A DNA stretch of 63,214 bases, the filler included, from Octopus bimaculoides (lineage: Eukaryota): the NCBI RefSeq assembly GCF_001194135.2. It is 6 parts of 6 records of this genome, joined end to end, with 100 filler letters (N's around TTAATTAATTAA, not from the genome) between each part and the next. Parts side by side here need not be neighbours in the genome. Positions count along the whole stretch, not along the records: positions 45,071 to 50,560 come from NC_068982.1; positions 50,661 to 58,674 come from NC_068997.1; positions 58,775 to 61,352 come from NW_026348096.1; 3 more parts are not named here. One strand, 5' to 3'. The first letter of the stretch is position 1. Each line of letters begins with the position of its first letter. The position numbers and the translations under genes are program-made. Of this stretch, positions 49,233 to 61,452 are shown piece by piece. The notes under the pieces are model-generated. The model saw only the letters and a program-made list of their open reading frames with translations. It had not been told where the DNA came from and ran no database searches.

Positions 49233-49479
49233 TCACTCATGATCGCGCAATTCCTAGACTGTGTGGTGCGTTGTGTTCTTGAGCAAAACACTTCATCTCA
49301 CTTTGCCCTGCGATCACTTTGATACCTACCGTATGATATACCATGCACCTGTCCAGGCAACGTCGATTTAATGGTGGGAGTGAGTTAATGTACAGTATAT
49401 ACATTTGATCACTAGAAACAAATCATTTGTTCAAAAGTTGAGCACTCACACTTCGTCTTCGACAGGAGAGAGCATCATC

Positions 49480-49538
<59 letters not shown>

Positions 49539-50375
49539 GTTACTTCAAACCCCGCTGAGGTCAACGTAACCAACTAACTCTACTACTTTCGAATTTACGG
49601 ACCTTGTGCCTATGTTAGAAATATTACAATAGAGATATGCATACGTATGCGTGTGTATGAGGGTGTATGATTAGACATATGGGCATGTGCATGTGTGAGT
49701 GCGTAAATATATTGCTACAGTAGATAAACAGTTGTAATTTCAATTCAGAGAGAGAAAAAACTGAAAGCTTTGTGAAGTACGATATTTATAACTTTACACG
49801 AAGAGCAGGAAGCATATAGTTAGAATCAGTTAAATGTGTTCAGTGTCAGATTTCGCTTCCTATAATTTCCGTTTTGACGGCCACACTACTTTTCAAAAAC
49901 ACAACATAACTCCTCTAAAGACTGTTGGGAAGTTACAGAAACAATTTAGCGAAATATCAGAGAGCAACCGTTACAAATCCTCACGCACAAAATTTCTCCA
50001 TTCTATAAACGAAGGAAATATCTGTTAACAATGTGCAGCATTTTCCAGTTAAAGAGGAGACGATTCGAAAAGTGTGAAATCTGATCCCATTTCCTGGGTA
50101 TTATGACCTAATTTAGGTCTGTCGGGTGTTCCACTGACGTTGACCATCTCAGTTATTCTAAAAGTTTTAAACAGTTTCAGCTAAATTTGTATGCGGGGGA
50201 TTTGATTAAAGGGGAAAAAAAAAACAATATGCATCCGGGAAATTCCTTCTCAAAATGCAAATTGGGAAGCAGGAACGATTAACAGATGTTTGTTGGCTTT
50301 CCTGTCATATCTACACCTCTTCTACCCTTTTATCTCTCTTCCCCCGCTCTCCACCTCTGTATATCTATCTTCTTT

Positions 50376-50440
<65 letters not shown>

Positions 50441-50443
<3 letters not shown>

Positions 50444-50560
50444 CGGCGGCGGAAGTGAGGGACGCGATGGCGGGATGCTCGAGGGACAAATCTCCGGGTT
50501 TGGATGGTCTGCCCTACGAGCTTTACAACTGTAAGCCAGACTTGTTTGGAGACGTCTTGG
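50441..50560 (+). mobile_element. L1/Tx1-like ORF2 fragment
   Basis: TAAEVRDAMAGCSRDKSPGLDGLPYELY (KSPGxDG pre-RT motif); starts right after a (CTAT)n tract and is cut by a spacer. Confidence 0.75.
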
Positions 50561-50660
50561 NNNNNNNNNNNNNNNNNNNNNNNNNNNNNNNNNNNNNNNN
50601 NNNNTTAATTAATTAANNNNNNNNNNNNNNNNNNNNNNNNNNNNNNNNNNNNNNNNNNNN
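50561..50660. other. Artificial 100-bp scaffold spacer
   Basis: 44 N + TTAATTAATTAA (50605-50616) + 44 N. Confidence 0.97.
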
Positions 50661-51044
50661 ACACACACACACACACACATATTCTTCGACTGTATAATCC
50701 ATAAATATTTTCAACAACGTAGACTGTTTATTTACTGGGAGTGTCAGAAAACGATCTTCATAAAAGCAAAAGAAGCGCATATATTTACATATACATACAT
50801 ATAGCACACACACACACACACACACACATAAAGAGTAGGCGTAGGAGTGGCTGTGTGGTAAGTAGCTTGCTTACAAACCACATGGTTCTGGGTTCAGTCC
50901 CGTTGCGTGGAACCTTGGGCAAGTGTCTCCTACTATAGCCTTGGGCTGACCAAAGCCTTGTGAGGGGATTTGGTAGACGGAAACTGAAAGAAGCCCGTCG
51001 TATATATGTATGTATACATATATATATATATATATATATTTATA

Positions 51045-51077
<33 letters not shown>

Positions 51078-53075
51078 CTGTGTTTGTCCCTCCAACATCG
51101 CTTGATAACCGATGCTGGTGTGTTTACATCTCCGTAACNNNNNNNNNNNNNNNNNNNNNNNNNNNNNNNNNNNNNNNNNNNNNNNNNNNNNNNNNNNNNN
51201 NNNNNNNNNNNNNNNNNNNNNNNNNNNNNNNNNNNNNNNNNNNNNNNNNNNNNNNNNNNNNNNNNNNNNNNNNNNNNNNNNNNNNNNNNNNNNNNNNNNN
51301 NNNNNNNNNNNNNNNNNNNNNNNNNNNNNNNNNNNNNNNNNNNNNNNNNNNNNNNNNNNNNNNNNNNNNNNNNNNNNNNNNNNNNNNNNNNNNNNNNNNN
51401 NNNNNNNNNNNNNNNNNNNNNNNNNNNNNNNNNNNNNNNNNNNNNNNNNNNNNNNNNNNNNNNNNNNNNNNNNNNNNNNNNNNNNNNNNNNNNNNNNNNN
51501 NNNNNNNNNNNNNNNNNNNNNNNNNNNNNNNNNNNNNNNNNNNNNNNNNNNNNNNNNNNNNNNNNNNNNNNNNNNNNNNNNNNNNNNNNNNNNNNNNNNN
51601 NNNNNNNNNNNNNNNNNNNNNNNNNNNNNNNNNNNNNNNNNNNNNNNNNNNNNNNNNNNNNNNNNNNNNNNNNNNNNNNNNNNNNNNNNNNNNNNNNNNN
51701 NNNNNNNTTTATATTTACATTCTTACTCACCACTGCAGTTGCCAATCGGACCCATAGAAATCTGGCGTATTAAAAAGACGTTAAACCAGTTACCGCCTTG
51801 AAAACTTGAAAAATATTTGAATAGAAGTTACTTTATGAAATATTTAGAATTCGTTGCACGCACCCCCACACATATATCTACGCGGAGTAGATGAAACAGG
51901 GACAACTGACGAAGGGGTATACTCTTTATGTTGCATGTCTCGTTTCTTTGTTTGTTTTTTTCGTTGTTCGAAAAAAAGTTCGTGTTCTATGTTTTCGTTT
52001 CTCATCGTGTTCAACGTTTTTTTGATGCCCTGTATCCATATATGCATGTATATATACATATATATGTAAACATGTATATATATATGTATTGATATATGCA
52101 TATATGCATATATTTATATATTATTTATATTATTATATGATCGAACGCCACGCATCCTTTTCTAAGTAAGTTTTACATACATACATATTATATAGAATTA
52201 ATTTTTTCATGCTGTTCGATAAATTCTGTGCGCTACGTCGTTATAGCAATATGGTTTAAGAAATACGGGTGTACTTAAAAAAAAATTCTACCCGCATCTT
52301 TATGTCACTAGCGCCTCGAAGAAGTCGGGGTATTATCTATATTTGTTTACTGGTGCAGGCATGGTGGTGTGAGTTAGAAGCTCGCTTTGCAGCCACGACG
52401 TTTCGGGATCAGTCCTACAGCGCGGCACATTGGGCAAGTGCTTTTGACTATAACCCTGGGCCGACCAATACCTTTTGAGTGAATTTGGTTGACAGAAACT
52501 GTGTGGAAGCCTGCCGTTTATGCATCCATATACGTATGAATGAATATGTATGTATGTATTCATGCATGTATGTATGTATGTATGTATACATGCATGCATA
52601 CATACATACATACATACATACATATTCGTTCATAATTATATGTACGCATATACGACAGGCTTCTATACTCACACACACACATATGCTATGTTCGTGTGTT
52701 TTTGTGTCTGTGTTTGTCAACTTTTTCCAACCGCCTGATAACCGCTGTTGGTTTGTTTACGTCCCCCTTAACTTAGTTCGGCAAAACAGACCGAAAGAAC
52801 ATAAGCACTGGGAGAGCATTTTGTTTGGCTAAGACCCTTCAAGGTTGTTTCTTAGCATGGCCGCAGTTCAATGAATGCAGCAAGCAAGAGATAAAAGAAA
52901 ATACTCTCCGTTGTTCTTTCTTACTCGCTTCATGTGGGACCTCGTAGGATTGCCCTTGTTGTAGTGTGTTTTCTTTCTTTTTAAATCCATCTGCAAGGAC
53001 ACTCAGAGTTTGGTTATGCAGTTAGACATACTCCGCAAACAATGGCTTATACACTACTAGAATATACTCTGAAGA

Positions 53076-53370
53076 GATGTTAAGATACGTGGCTTAGTAG
53101 TTTGGGTATTCGACTCACGGTCGTAAAGTAGTGATTTCAATACCCGGCGGCGAGTTGTGTCCTGAAGTAAGACTCTTTATTCCATCTCAACTGGCAAAAA
53201 TGAGAAGTACCTGTAATTCAAGGGGCCAACTTTGTCACATTCTTTGTTACGCTGTATCTCTCTGTGAACTACGTCAAGGCTACGCGTGTCCGTGGAGTGC
53301 TCAGCCACACATTAATTTCATGAGCAGGCTGTTCGGTGATCGGATCAACTGAAACCCTCGTCGTCGTAGT
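53076..53370 (+). mobile_element. SINE family D with intact 13-bp TSD
   Basis: tRNA-like head (TGGCTTAGTAG...GATTTCAATACCC); TSD TATACTCTGAAGA at 53063-53075 and 53371-53383. Relatives at ~12455-12610(-), 15790-16112(-), 49233-49430(+), 55784-56032(-). Confidence 0.8.
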
Positions 53371-54142
53371 TATACTCTGAAGATATATAACTCTCCACAG
53401 ATGGCATTCACTTGTATTATTACTACAATTTAATGGGTTAGTATTCTCCGGAGTGTGAAGTACAGATACGCTGCTTTTTCAGGAAGAATCGCAACCTGGC
53501 TCATTCCCTTCGTTACAAAAAAACGAGACCACGGCACGCTTTGATTATTCTGTTTGCCGAAAATCTTGAAACTCCACTGTTTCCACCGCCGCCGTAAACG
53601 CTACATCATTTCTAGAGAGAGATAAATATTCCTTCAACATTCTCCAAACTGAGTGCATCCACAATTACTCAAACTGTGCATCAACTTTTGGACGACAAAG
53701 TGCTCCTTGCCCTCAACAATGGTATTTCTCTCGTATACATCTATCATACCCTAAAACTGAAATTGCCTCATTTGTTTATGGCCTCCTTTTTCTCTCCCTT
53801 CTACTGCTTAGGCGATGCATATTAGATTCCTAACCCAGTTGCTTTCGTGAAAAACTCTACCTCTTCAACATCCTACAGATTTCCTTTGTTCATCATATCT
53901 CGCTCTGCCGGTATTATTTTAGGACGATATCAGTTTGTTCCATGTCCGTACCGCGTGTTCTTCCCCTCATCCCTTACATATCATTTCTTTCATTTCCAGG
54001 GTGGTCTGTGCCATCCCAACACTTTTCCCCACACCCCATTTCCTTTCGACGCAAACGCGTTTGGGGATGATGGGGGACTGTGTCGACAGTATCTGGTCTA
54101 CCGAATCCTGTTGCATCAAACACACATAGCCATCTTCATTCC

Positions 54143-54207
<65 letters not shown>

Positions 54208-54437
54208 CCGTATATGCATATATGTGTGTGTGTGTGTATATATATATATATGATATAATATATATCCATATATATATACATATATATGTATATATATGCA
54301 CATACATGTGTGTGTGTATCTATATATGTATATGTATCTATGTATTTATGTATATATATATATTTGTATTTATATTATTATATTTTAGATATATATACAC
54401 ATATGTTATATATACATATACATACATACATGCATAC

Positions 54438-54484
<47 letters not shown>

Positions 54485-54855
54485 ATACACACACATACAT
54501 ATATAGAAAGAGAGAATGAGAGAGACTCTTATATGCATATATNNNNNNNNNNNNNNNNNNNNNNNNNNNNNNNNNNNNNNNNNNNNNNNNNNNNNNNNNN
54601 NNNNNNNNNNNNNNNNNNNNNNNNNNNNNNNNNNNNNNNNNNNNNNNNNNNNNNNNNNNNNNNNNNNNNNNNNNNNNNNNNNNNNNNNNNNNNNNNNNNN
54701 NNNNNNNNNNNNNNNNNNNNNNNNNNNNNNNNNNNNNNNNNNNNNNNNNNNNNNNNNNNNNNNNNNNNNNNNNNNNNNNNNNNNNNNNNNNNNNNNNNNN
54801 NNNNNNNNNNNNNNNNNNNNNNNNNNNNNNNNNNNAGAGAGAGAGAGAGAGAGAT

Positions 54856-54886
<31 letters not shown>

Positions 54887-55454
54887 TAGAAAGAGAAAGA
54901 AAAAGAGAGGGAGAGAATTACACACAATCACCCAACTATAAAATACACGCAGACAAAACTTCACACATACACACACATACATGTTCGTATACGCGTACAT
55001 GTAACATGCAGAGGATCATTTGGGGAATCTATTAAGATGAAAGCGAGCGAAAGTGAGAGCAAGCCACGGTAAAATAATAAATGAAATAGGATGGTGTGAT
55101 GATGTAATAGTATGGTGGTGTGGTGGAGAGTAATGTGATGCAGGGGATTGGAGGCTGGGTGAGAATAAGATAGGGCGGTGGCGACAAGAGCGGCGGCTCA
55201 ACGTGAAAGCTGCAACGTTTCACATCCAATATGGTTAGCATTCGTCGTCAGAGGGTTGCTGTTTTTAGCGTAGCCGAATGTTATGTGATACTGTAATATT
55301 ACGTGATGTGTGTGTGTGTGTGTGTGTGTGCATCTCTGTGTGTAGGTGTGTATAATATGTATATATACATGCATATGAGCACACACATGTATCAACCAAC
55401 CTAAGTAGTACATCTCTGTAGAGTTACTTAGCTCTCAATTTCATGTACGTATAT

Positions 55455-55489
<35 letters not shown>

Positions 55490-55513
55490 AAATTTCTATG
55501 AGGAGGGGTTATT

Positions 55514-55590
55514 GTGACTTCGTAGTTTTGACCTGCAAGCCTTCCTTGGACTGTCCGACGAATGCTTGCGGGTCAAAACTTCAAAGTCAC
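55514..55590. other. 77-nt near-perfect hairpin (pre-miRNA-sized or foldback element)
   Basis: Arms GTGACTTCGTAGTTTTGACCTGCAAGC (55514-55540) and GCTTGCGGGTCAAAACTTCAAAGTCAC (55564-55590); 27 positions with 2 mismatches and 1 G-U pair on the plus strand. Confidence 0.8.
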
Positions 55591-56109
55591 TGTCATTTCA
55601 CTTCGTGTAAAGGTTTAACAAATACGTGTTCTACAAAACGTGTAGAGTGATTCTTTAGTTTTCTGCGAGAGTTCAACGGAATAGTTGACTGAATTCTGAG
55701 ATCATTCAGAACAAGGAATAAGAAACCACATTGATCCTACGGAGATCTTTCATTCTCAGTTGCCTGGATTAATACTTTAAAGTTACCAACTCGAGTCATA
55801 CCGATTCATAAGGAGTGGTTTCCCGGTTTCCATGGCGTATATATATATTCCCCACCTGGACGGGACGCGGGCCCGTTGCCGGATTACTCGTTTTTGCCAG
55901 CTCAGTGGACTGGAGCAATGTGAAATGAAGTGTTTTTCTCTAGAACACAACACGTCGCCCGGTATAGCAATCGAAACCACAATCTTGCGTTCATGAATCC
56001 AACACCTTAACCACTAAGCCACGCGCCTCCACGATTAATACTTTCAGTTATGGTTGCCCCAATGTGTCAAACTTCGAGCGGAGCCCGAGGGAACCTTGTG
56101 TCATTCTAC

Positions 56110-56410
56110 CACGAAGGTTGTCTCAGTGCAACAGATGAGCTCCTGGGAGAGGCTAAAAGCACTGCGGTTCTCCTTGTGGTGTGTGCCAGAGGGCTTGCAA
56201 ATCCAATGGGGGTCTTAAAAGACATGTTAGGATCCACAATGAGCAGAACTTACCTGCAGGTATTGGTAGTGCAAATCAGAGGTGCAATCTGTGTGGGTGT
56301 TTTTTCAAAACATTGTCTGGTTTAAAAAGCCACATCAGACGCCATGAAAGGGCTAAGGTGTAGGTGCAGGAAGTGGTCAAACTCTGTGTAAGGAGTAGAC
56401 AACCACCATA
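56110..56410 (+). mobile_element. 3' end of an RTE-like LINE with two C2H2 zinc fingers
   Basis: CGVCQRACKSNGGLKRHVRIH and CNLCGCFFKTLSGLKSHIRRH, stop at 56361-56363, then a short GTGGTC...GTAGACAACCACCA UTR and a microsatellite tail. The frame is closed upstream (TAA 56154-56156). Confidence 0.65.
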
Positions 56411-56667
56411 CATATATATATATNNNNNNNNNNNNNNNNNNNNNNNNNNNNNNNNNNNNNNNNNNNNNNNNNNNNNNNNNNNNNNNNNNNNNNNNNNNNN
56501 NNNNNNNNNNNNNNNNNNNNNNNNNNNNNNNNNNNNNNNNNNNNNNNNNNNNNNNNNNNNNNNNNNNNNNNNNNNNNNNNNNNNNNNNNNNNNNNNNNNN
56601 NNNNNNNNNNNNNNNNNNNNNNNNNNNNNNNNNNATATATATGTATGTGTGTGTGTGTATAAAGGAG

Positions 56668-57039
56668 GTCTACTTCTTTTCCTTTTCTTTTCTGCGATGT
56701 ACAATTAATTGTGTACTACTTTGCATATTTATATCTACCGATTTTTCTCTACATCCTGAATGTTTTGTCTGCGTGTTGTGGCCTCTCACGTTGTCCAGCT
56801 ATGTGTCTCTTATTTTCCACGTTCTATTTCTGTATGTCTTTGTGTGTATATATAAAGAAGGTTAGCCGAAACGGCAGTCTACTTCTCTTCCTTTTCCTTT
56901 CTTCGGTGTACAATTAATTGCATACGACTTTATTTATTAGTATATATTGATTTTTGTCTACACCCTAAATGTTTTGTCTGTGTGTCGTGGATTCTCACGT
57001 TCTTCAACCGTGTGGCTCTTATTTTCCACGTTCTATTTG
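56668..57039 (+). repeat. Diverged tandem repeat, 209-bp unit plus a partial second unit (retrozyme/Penelope pseudo-LTR-like)
   Basis: Units start GTCTACTTC at 56668 and 56877 and share TGTACAATTAATTG, AATGTTTTGTCTG and CTCTTATTTTCCACGTTCTATTT blocks. Confidence 0.8.
56856..56885 (+). ncRNA. 3' part of a minimal hammerhead motif at a tandem-repeat junction
   Basis: AGA-A-GG(TTAG)CC-GAAA-C(GGCA)GTC-TAC; the CTGA of the core is absent, replaced by an AT/GT microsatellite. Confidence 0.5.
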
Positions 57040-57908
57040 TACTATCTTACCTACCTACCCACCTCCCTGCATACCTACATATGTGCGTTACATGTGCAAC
57101 TATCTACCTATCCAACTGATATATATGTGTGTGTGTGTGTTTGTGTGTGCATGTATGTATATATATATATATATNNNNNNNNNNNNNNNNNNNNNNNNNN
57201 NNNNNNNNNNNNNNNNNNNNNNNNNNNNNNNNNNNNNNNNNNNNNNNNNNNNNNNNNNNNNNNNNNNNNNNNNNNNNNNNNNNNNNNNNNNNNNNNNNNN
57301 NNNNNNNNNNNNNNNNNNNNNNNNNNNNNNNNNNNNNNNNNNNNNNNNNNNNNNNNNNNNNNNNNNNNNNNNNNNNNNNNNNNNNNNNNNNNNNNNNNNN
57401 NNNNNNNNNNNNNNNNNNNNNNNNNNNNNNNNNNNNNNNNNNNNNNNNNNNNNNNNNNNNNNNNNNNNNNNNNNNNNNNNNNNNNNNNNNNNNNNNNNNN
57501 NNNNNNNNNNNNNNNNNNNNNNNNNNNNNNNNNNNNNNNNNNNNNNNNNNNNNNNNNNNNNNNNNNNNNNNNNNNNNNNNNNNNNNNNNNNNNNNNNNNN
57601 NNNNNNNNNNNNNNNNNNNNNNNNNNNNNNNNNNNNNNNNNNNNNNNNNNNNNNNNNNNNNNNNNNNNNNNNNNNNNNNNNNNNNNNNNNNNNNNNNACT
57701 CCGGACACGATATGATATATATCCACCTTTGCTACTACAATTACCTCCGGAAAATACCCACAAGGATTCTTTACATGGATGTTTACTGCTGGAATGAAGC
57801 TACACTCCAAGTACTGTTTCTTCCTTGTTCTTTTTTCAGCGCATCACTCTCACTTCCTACTACAAATCTCCTCTTATAGATGTAATAATCCATTCCTCTA
57901 CTATTACC

Positions 57909-57957
57909 GTCTCCGATGAAGGGATACATTGGATTTTCCCTGAAACAGCTGTAAGAC
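57909..57957 (+). ncRNA. Minimal type-I hammerhead ribozyme motif with U4C core variant
   Basis: GTCT-CCGATGA-AGGGA(12 nt)TCCCT-GAAA-C-AGCT-GTA-AGAC; stem I 4 bp, stem II 5 bp, palindromic stem III ACAGCTGT. Confidence 0.7.
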
Positions 57958-58195
57958 TTTATCCATAAAATATATTTCTAACTTTGCCATCGGTCTCTTT
58001 ATCCTTTTTCTCTCTTTTTACACACACACACACACACACACATATATACGTTGCTCGAGATTAAAAGGTATAGTTCTTTTTATTGTTTTACTTGTTTCGG
58101 TCATGTGACTGTGGACATACTGGAGCACCGCCTTTAGTCGAAGAAACAGACCCCAGGATTTATTTTTTGTAAGCCTAGTACTTATTCTATCGGAT

Positions 58196-58640
58196 AAATA
58201 ATAATAAACTGGACACCTATGAAACCAGGAAAATCAGCAACATAAACAGAATAGCCAACCGGCAAATAGAAGAAATCCCACCCCTAAAGATGGGCTTTCA
58301 AGCAACACGGACGACCCGACTAAGAATTGTCCCCACCCTCAACACAACACTAGCTCAGATAGACAGAATACTTTATGTGGCTGCAGAGACAGAAATAAGT
58401 GCCAATTCTCTCATAGGTGTAAAACAGAAAATGTAGTATACCAATGCGACGTACTCACAAATAACCATACGAAATGATATATAGGTGCCACGAAAAGCCA
58501 AATGATACTAAGATACAACTCACACTAATCTAGCTTTAGAAATAGATGTAAAGCAAACTCTACAGGGCTTAGTAGCTACATCTGAGAATTAAAGGATAAA
58601 AAAATTAATTATAGTTTAAATGGCACATCCTAGCAATATA
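58196..58640 (+). mobile_element. Penelope-like GIY-YIG endonuclease fragment
   Basis: From 58376: CGCRDRNKCQFSHRCKTENVVYQCDV...*YIGATKSQMILRYNSH*SSFRNRCKANSTGLSSYI*ELK. Confidence 0.88.
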
Positions 58641-58674
58641 TATATATATATAAATACATAAATATATATATATA

Positions 58675-58774
58675 NNNNNNNNNNNNNNNNNNNNNNNNNN
58701 NNNNNNNNNNNNNNNNNNTTAATTAATTAANNNNNNNNNNNNNNNNNNNNNNNNNNNNNNNNNNNNNNNNNNNN
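58675..58774. other. Artificial 100-bp scaffold spacer
   Basis: 44 N + TTAATTAATTAA (58719-58730) + 44 N. Confidence 0.97.
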
Positions 58775-58873
58775 CATAAGAGCATCACAGCAAACCACAG
58801 CACATACCCAAGGCACACAAAGCTACGCTTGGTAGTGAAGTGAAAGCACGTTATAAAAATAAAACTCTTGAAA

Positions 58874-58938
<65 letters not shown>

Positions 58939-59819
58939 CACTATCACAACGAATAGCAATAGAAGTAATAATAACAGCAGCAACAATAATAACAGTATGA
59001 GCTAATCCGGTAATAAAACCCTTAATTTTAATTTCTGCATAAATAGTATAGAATCTTGTCTTGCCACTAATAACCTACGCAAGACAGAATGCCGTTGCTC
59101 GTAGGGCAGGATTGACGTTGCACAAGCCCAATGCAGAAGGTTTAACGTAGTATACAAATGTACTGTCCACAATGCATTGCATAATTCAACTAACTACTAT
59201 AACGGATTTACTATTTATTTTTAAACAGAGATATTCCACACATATAAACTCGTTTAAGTATGAGGAACATAGAAAATGTATTCACCTAGCCAACCTTACA
59301 CACCATGTAATAAATGGAAAAGTACCATATAGGATGTCCTGAGCTATAATAGACTCCGGCGTCCCATTCCAAGGTCAGCGTTTATGTCTAAAAGAAGCCA
59401 TCCAAATATTACTACATAATTCACCGCAATTGCTAAATAAACAACACAAAGCTTTTACTACATGTTCTCATAGGTTATTTAGATAAACTTTTCTTCTAGC
59501 TGTTTACACTATTTTACGCTTGTTTATACAGTTATCCATTCAAAGTTCACAAATATCCTTATGTAGATTATGAATCACATTCCTTTCGACAATATCAGTA
59601 TGATTAAAAACTTCCTCGTAGATGATATTTTCTGTTTGGTCGACACTAATTTTTAAATTATTGGAGTCCGTTGCTCTACTCATATCGACGTACTACTGGC
59701 CGTGTGCAAACATCAGAGTGGGCAAAAATACAGCCTTTCTTGCTGTGAATGCGCGAGCGAAATCTTTAGGAATCTGCCCATCTACGATGGAAAATATAGG
59801 GATAGTATGGCATATCTAC

Positions 59820-60075
59820 ATCCTCTAAATTTACGGGGTGGGGATTTAGAATTAATCAACGCCGCCGAGATTCTCAGAAAAAAAAAATTAAAAAAATAAA
59901 ATAAACGCTGATTTATTAATATGAAACTGAATACCCACTTAATAATTATACTTTGCACACTTTTTACCTGATTACATCCTTCGAAATAGTAAAAATTATC
60001 GTAACCATTCGTCCAGCCGTTAGACCATGATAAGGAAACAGACAGACAGACTGACATAACTACCATTATAGTTAG
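59820..60075 (+). mobile_element. Possible Helentron/DINE-1-like non-autonomous element end
   Basis: CGTCCAGCCGTTAG...(CAGA)n...CATTATAGTTAGA architecture resembles such elements; no further support. Confidence 0.3.
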
Positions 60076-60345
60076 AAATATAAGCTGAAAAATAAATTGT
60101 AAGAATATAAAAGAATAAAGATTAAAAATTGAAGTAAAATAAATGACACAAATAAAATGTAATGCACCGAAAAAAAACCCCGATTAAATGAAGAGATAAA
60201 ATGTACATGGGATCAGAATAGCTAAAAAAATCGGACATTTATATTGATCTTCAAATTTCCTCAATCTTATGTGCTTCATCAAAACAAATGTCGGTAAAGC
60301 TGAAGGTGGGGTAGAGTGGGTAATGTATGTAAGTATCTTTGTATG

Positions 60346-60379
<34 letters not shown>

Positions 60380-60393
60380 TGTATGTTTGCATG

Positions 60394-60437
<44 letters not shown>

Positions 60438-61062
60438 NNNNNNNNNNNNNNNNNNNNNNNNNNNNNNNNNNNNNNNNNNNNNNNNNNNNNNNNNNNNNNN
60501 NNNNNNNNNNNNNNNNNNNNNNNNNNNNNNNNNNNNNNNNNNNNNNNNNNNNNNNNNNNNNNNNNNNNNNNNNNNNNNNNNNNNNNNNNNNNNNNNNNNN
60601 NNNNNNNNNNNNNNNNNNNNNNNNNNNNNNNNNNNNNNNNNNNNNNNNNNNNNNNNNNNNNNNNNNNNNNNNNNNNNNNNNNNNNNNNNNNNNNNNNNNN
60701 NNNNNNNNNNNNNNNNNNNNNNNNNNNNNNNNNNNNNNNNNNNNNNNNNNNNNNNNNNNNNNNNNNNNNNNNNNNNNNNNNNNNNNNNNNNNNNNNNNNN
60801 NNNNNNNNNNNNNNNNNNNNNNNNNNNNNNNNNNNNNNNNNNNNNNNNNNNNNNNNNNNNNNNNNNNNNNNNNNNNNNNNNNNNNNNNNNNNNNNNNNNN
60901 NNNNNNNNNNNNNNNNNNNNNNNNNNNNNNNNNNNNNNNNNNNNNNNNNNNNNNNNNNNNNNNNNNNNNNNNNNNNNNNNNNNNNNNNNNNNNNNNNNNN
61001 NNNNNNNNNNNNNNNNNNNNNNNNNNNNNNNNNNNNNNNNNNNNNNNNNNNNNNNNNNNNNN

Positions 61063-61112
<50 letters not shown>

Positions 61113-61352
61113 CATGTATATACACTTTTATTTGTTTCAGTCATTTGACTGCGGTCATGCTGCAGCACCGCCTTTAGTCGAGCAACTCGACCCAGGACTT
61201 ATTCTTTGTAACCCTAGTACTTATTATATCGGTCTCTTTTGCCGAACCACTAGCATACGGGGACGAATATATGCCAGCATCGGCTGTCAAGTGATGCAGA
61301 GCAGACAAACACAGACACACAAACATATACACACACATACATACATACACAC

Positions 61353-61452
61353 NNNNNNNNNNNNNNNNNNNNNNNNNNNNNNNNNNNNNNNNNNNNTTAA
61401 TTAATTAANNNNNNNNNNNNNNNNNNNNNNNNNNNNNNNNNNNNNNNNNNNN
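61353..61452. other. Artificial 100-bp scaffold spacer
   Basis: 44 N + TTAATTAATTAA (61397-61408) + 44 N. Confidence 0.97.

Noticed and set aside
51901-51940. CTGACGA followed by an AGGGG/CTCTT hairpin as a hammerhead
   Set aside because: No GAAA after the hairpin; at most a fragment.
53967-54150. Minus-strand ORF GNEDGYVCLMQQ... with a GTAAGG donor
   Set aside because: The 5' side is a (CT)n microsatellite with no acceptor and no recognisable homology.
56181-56363. Host C2H2 zinc-finger transcription factor gene
   Set aside because: No TGEKP linkers, closed frame upstream, no acceptor, and a retrotransposon-like 3' tail; treated as a LINE end.
32167-61404. Long ORFs in the track (150-310 aa) spanning X runs and YIYI/CVCV/THTH repeats
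   Set aside because: Artefacts of N gaps and dinucleotide microsatellites.
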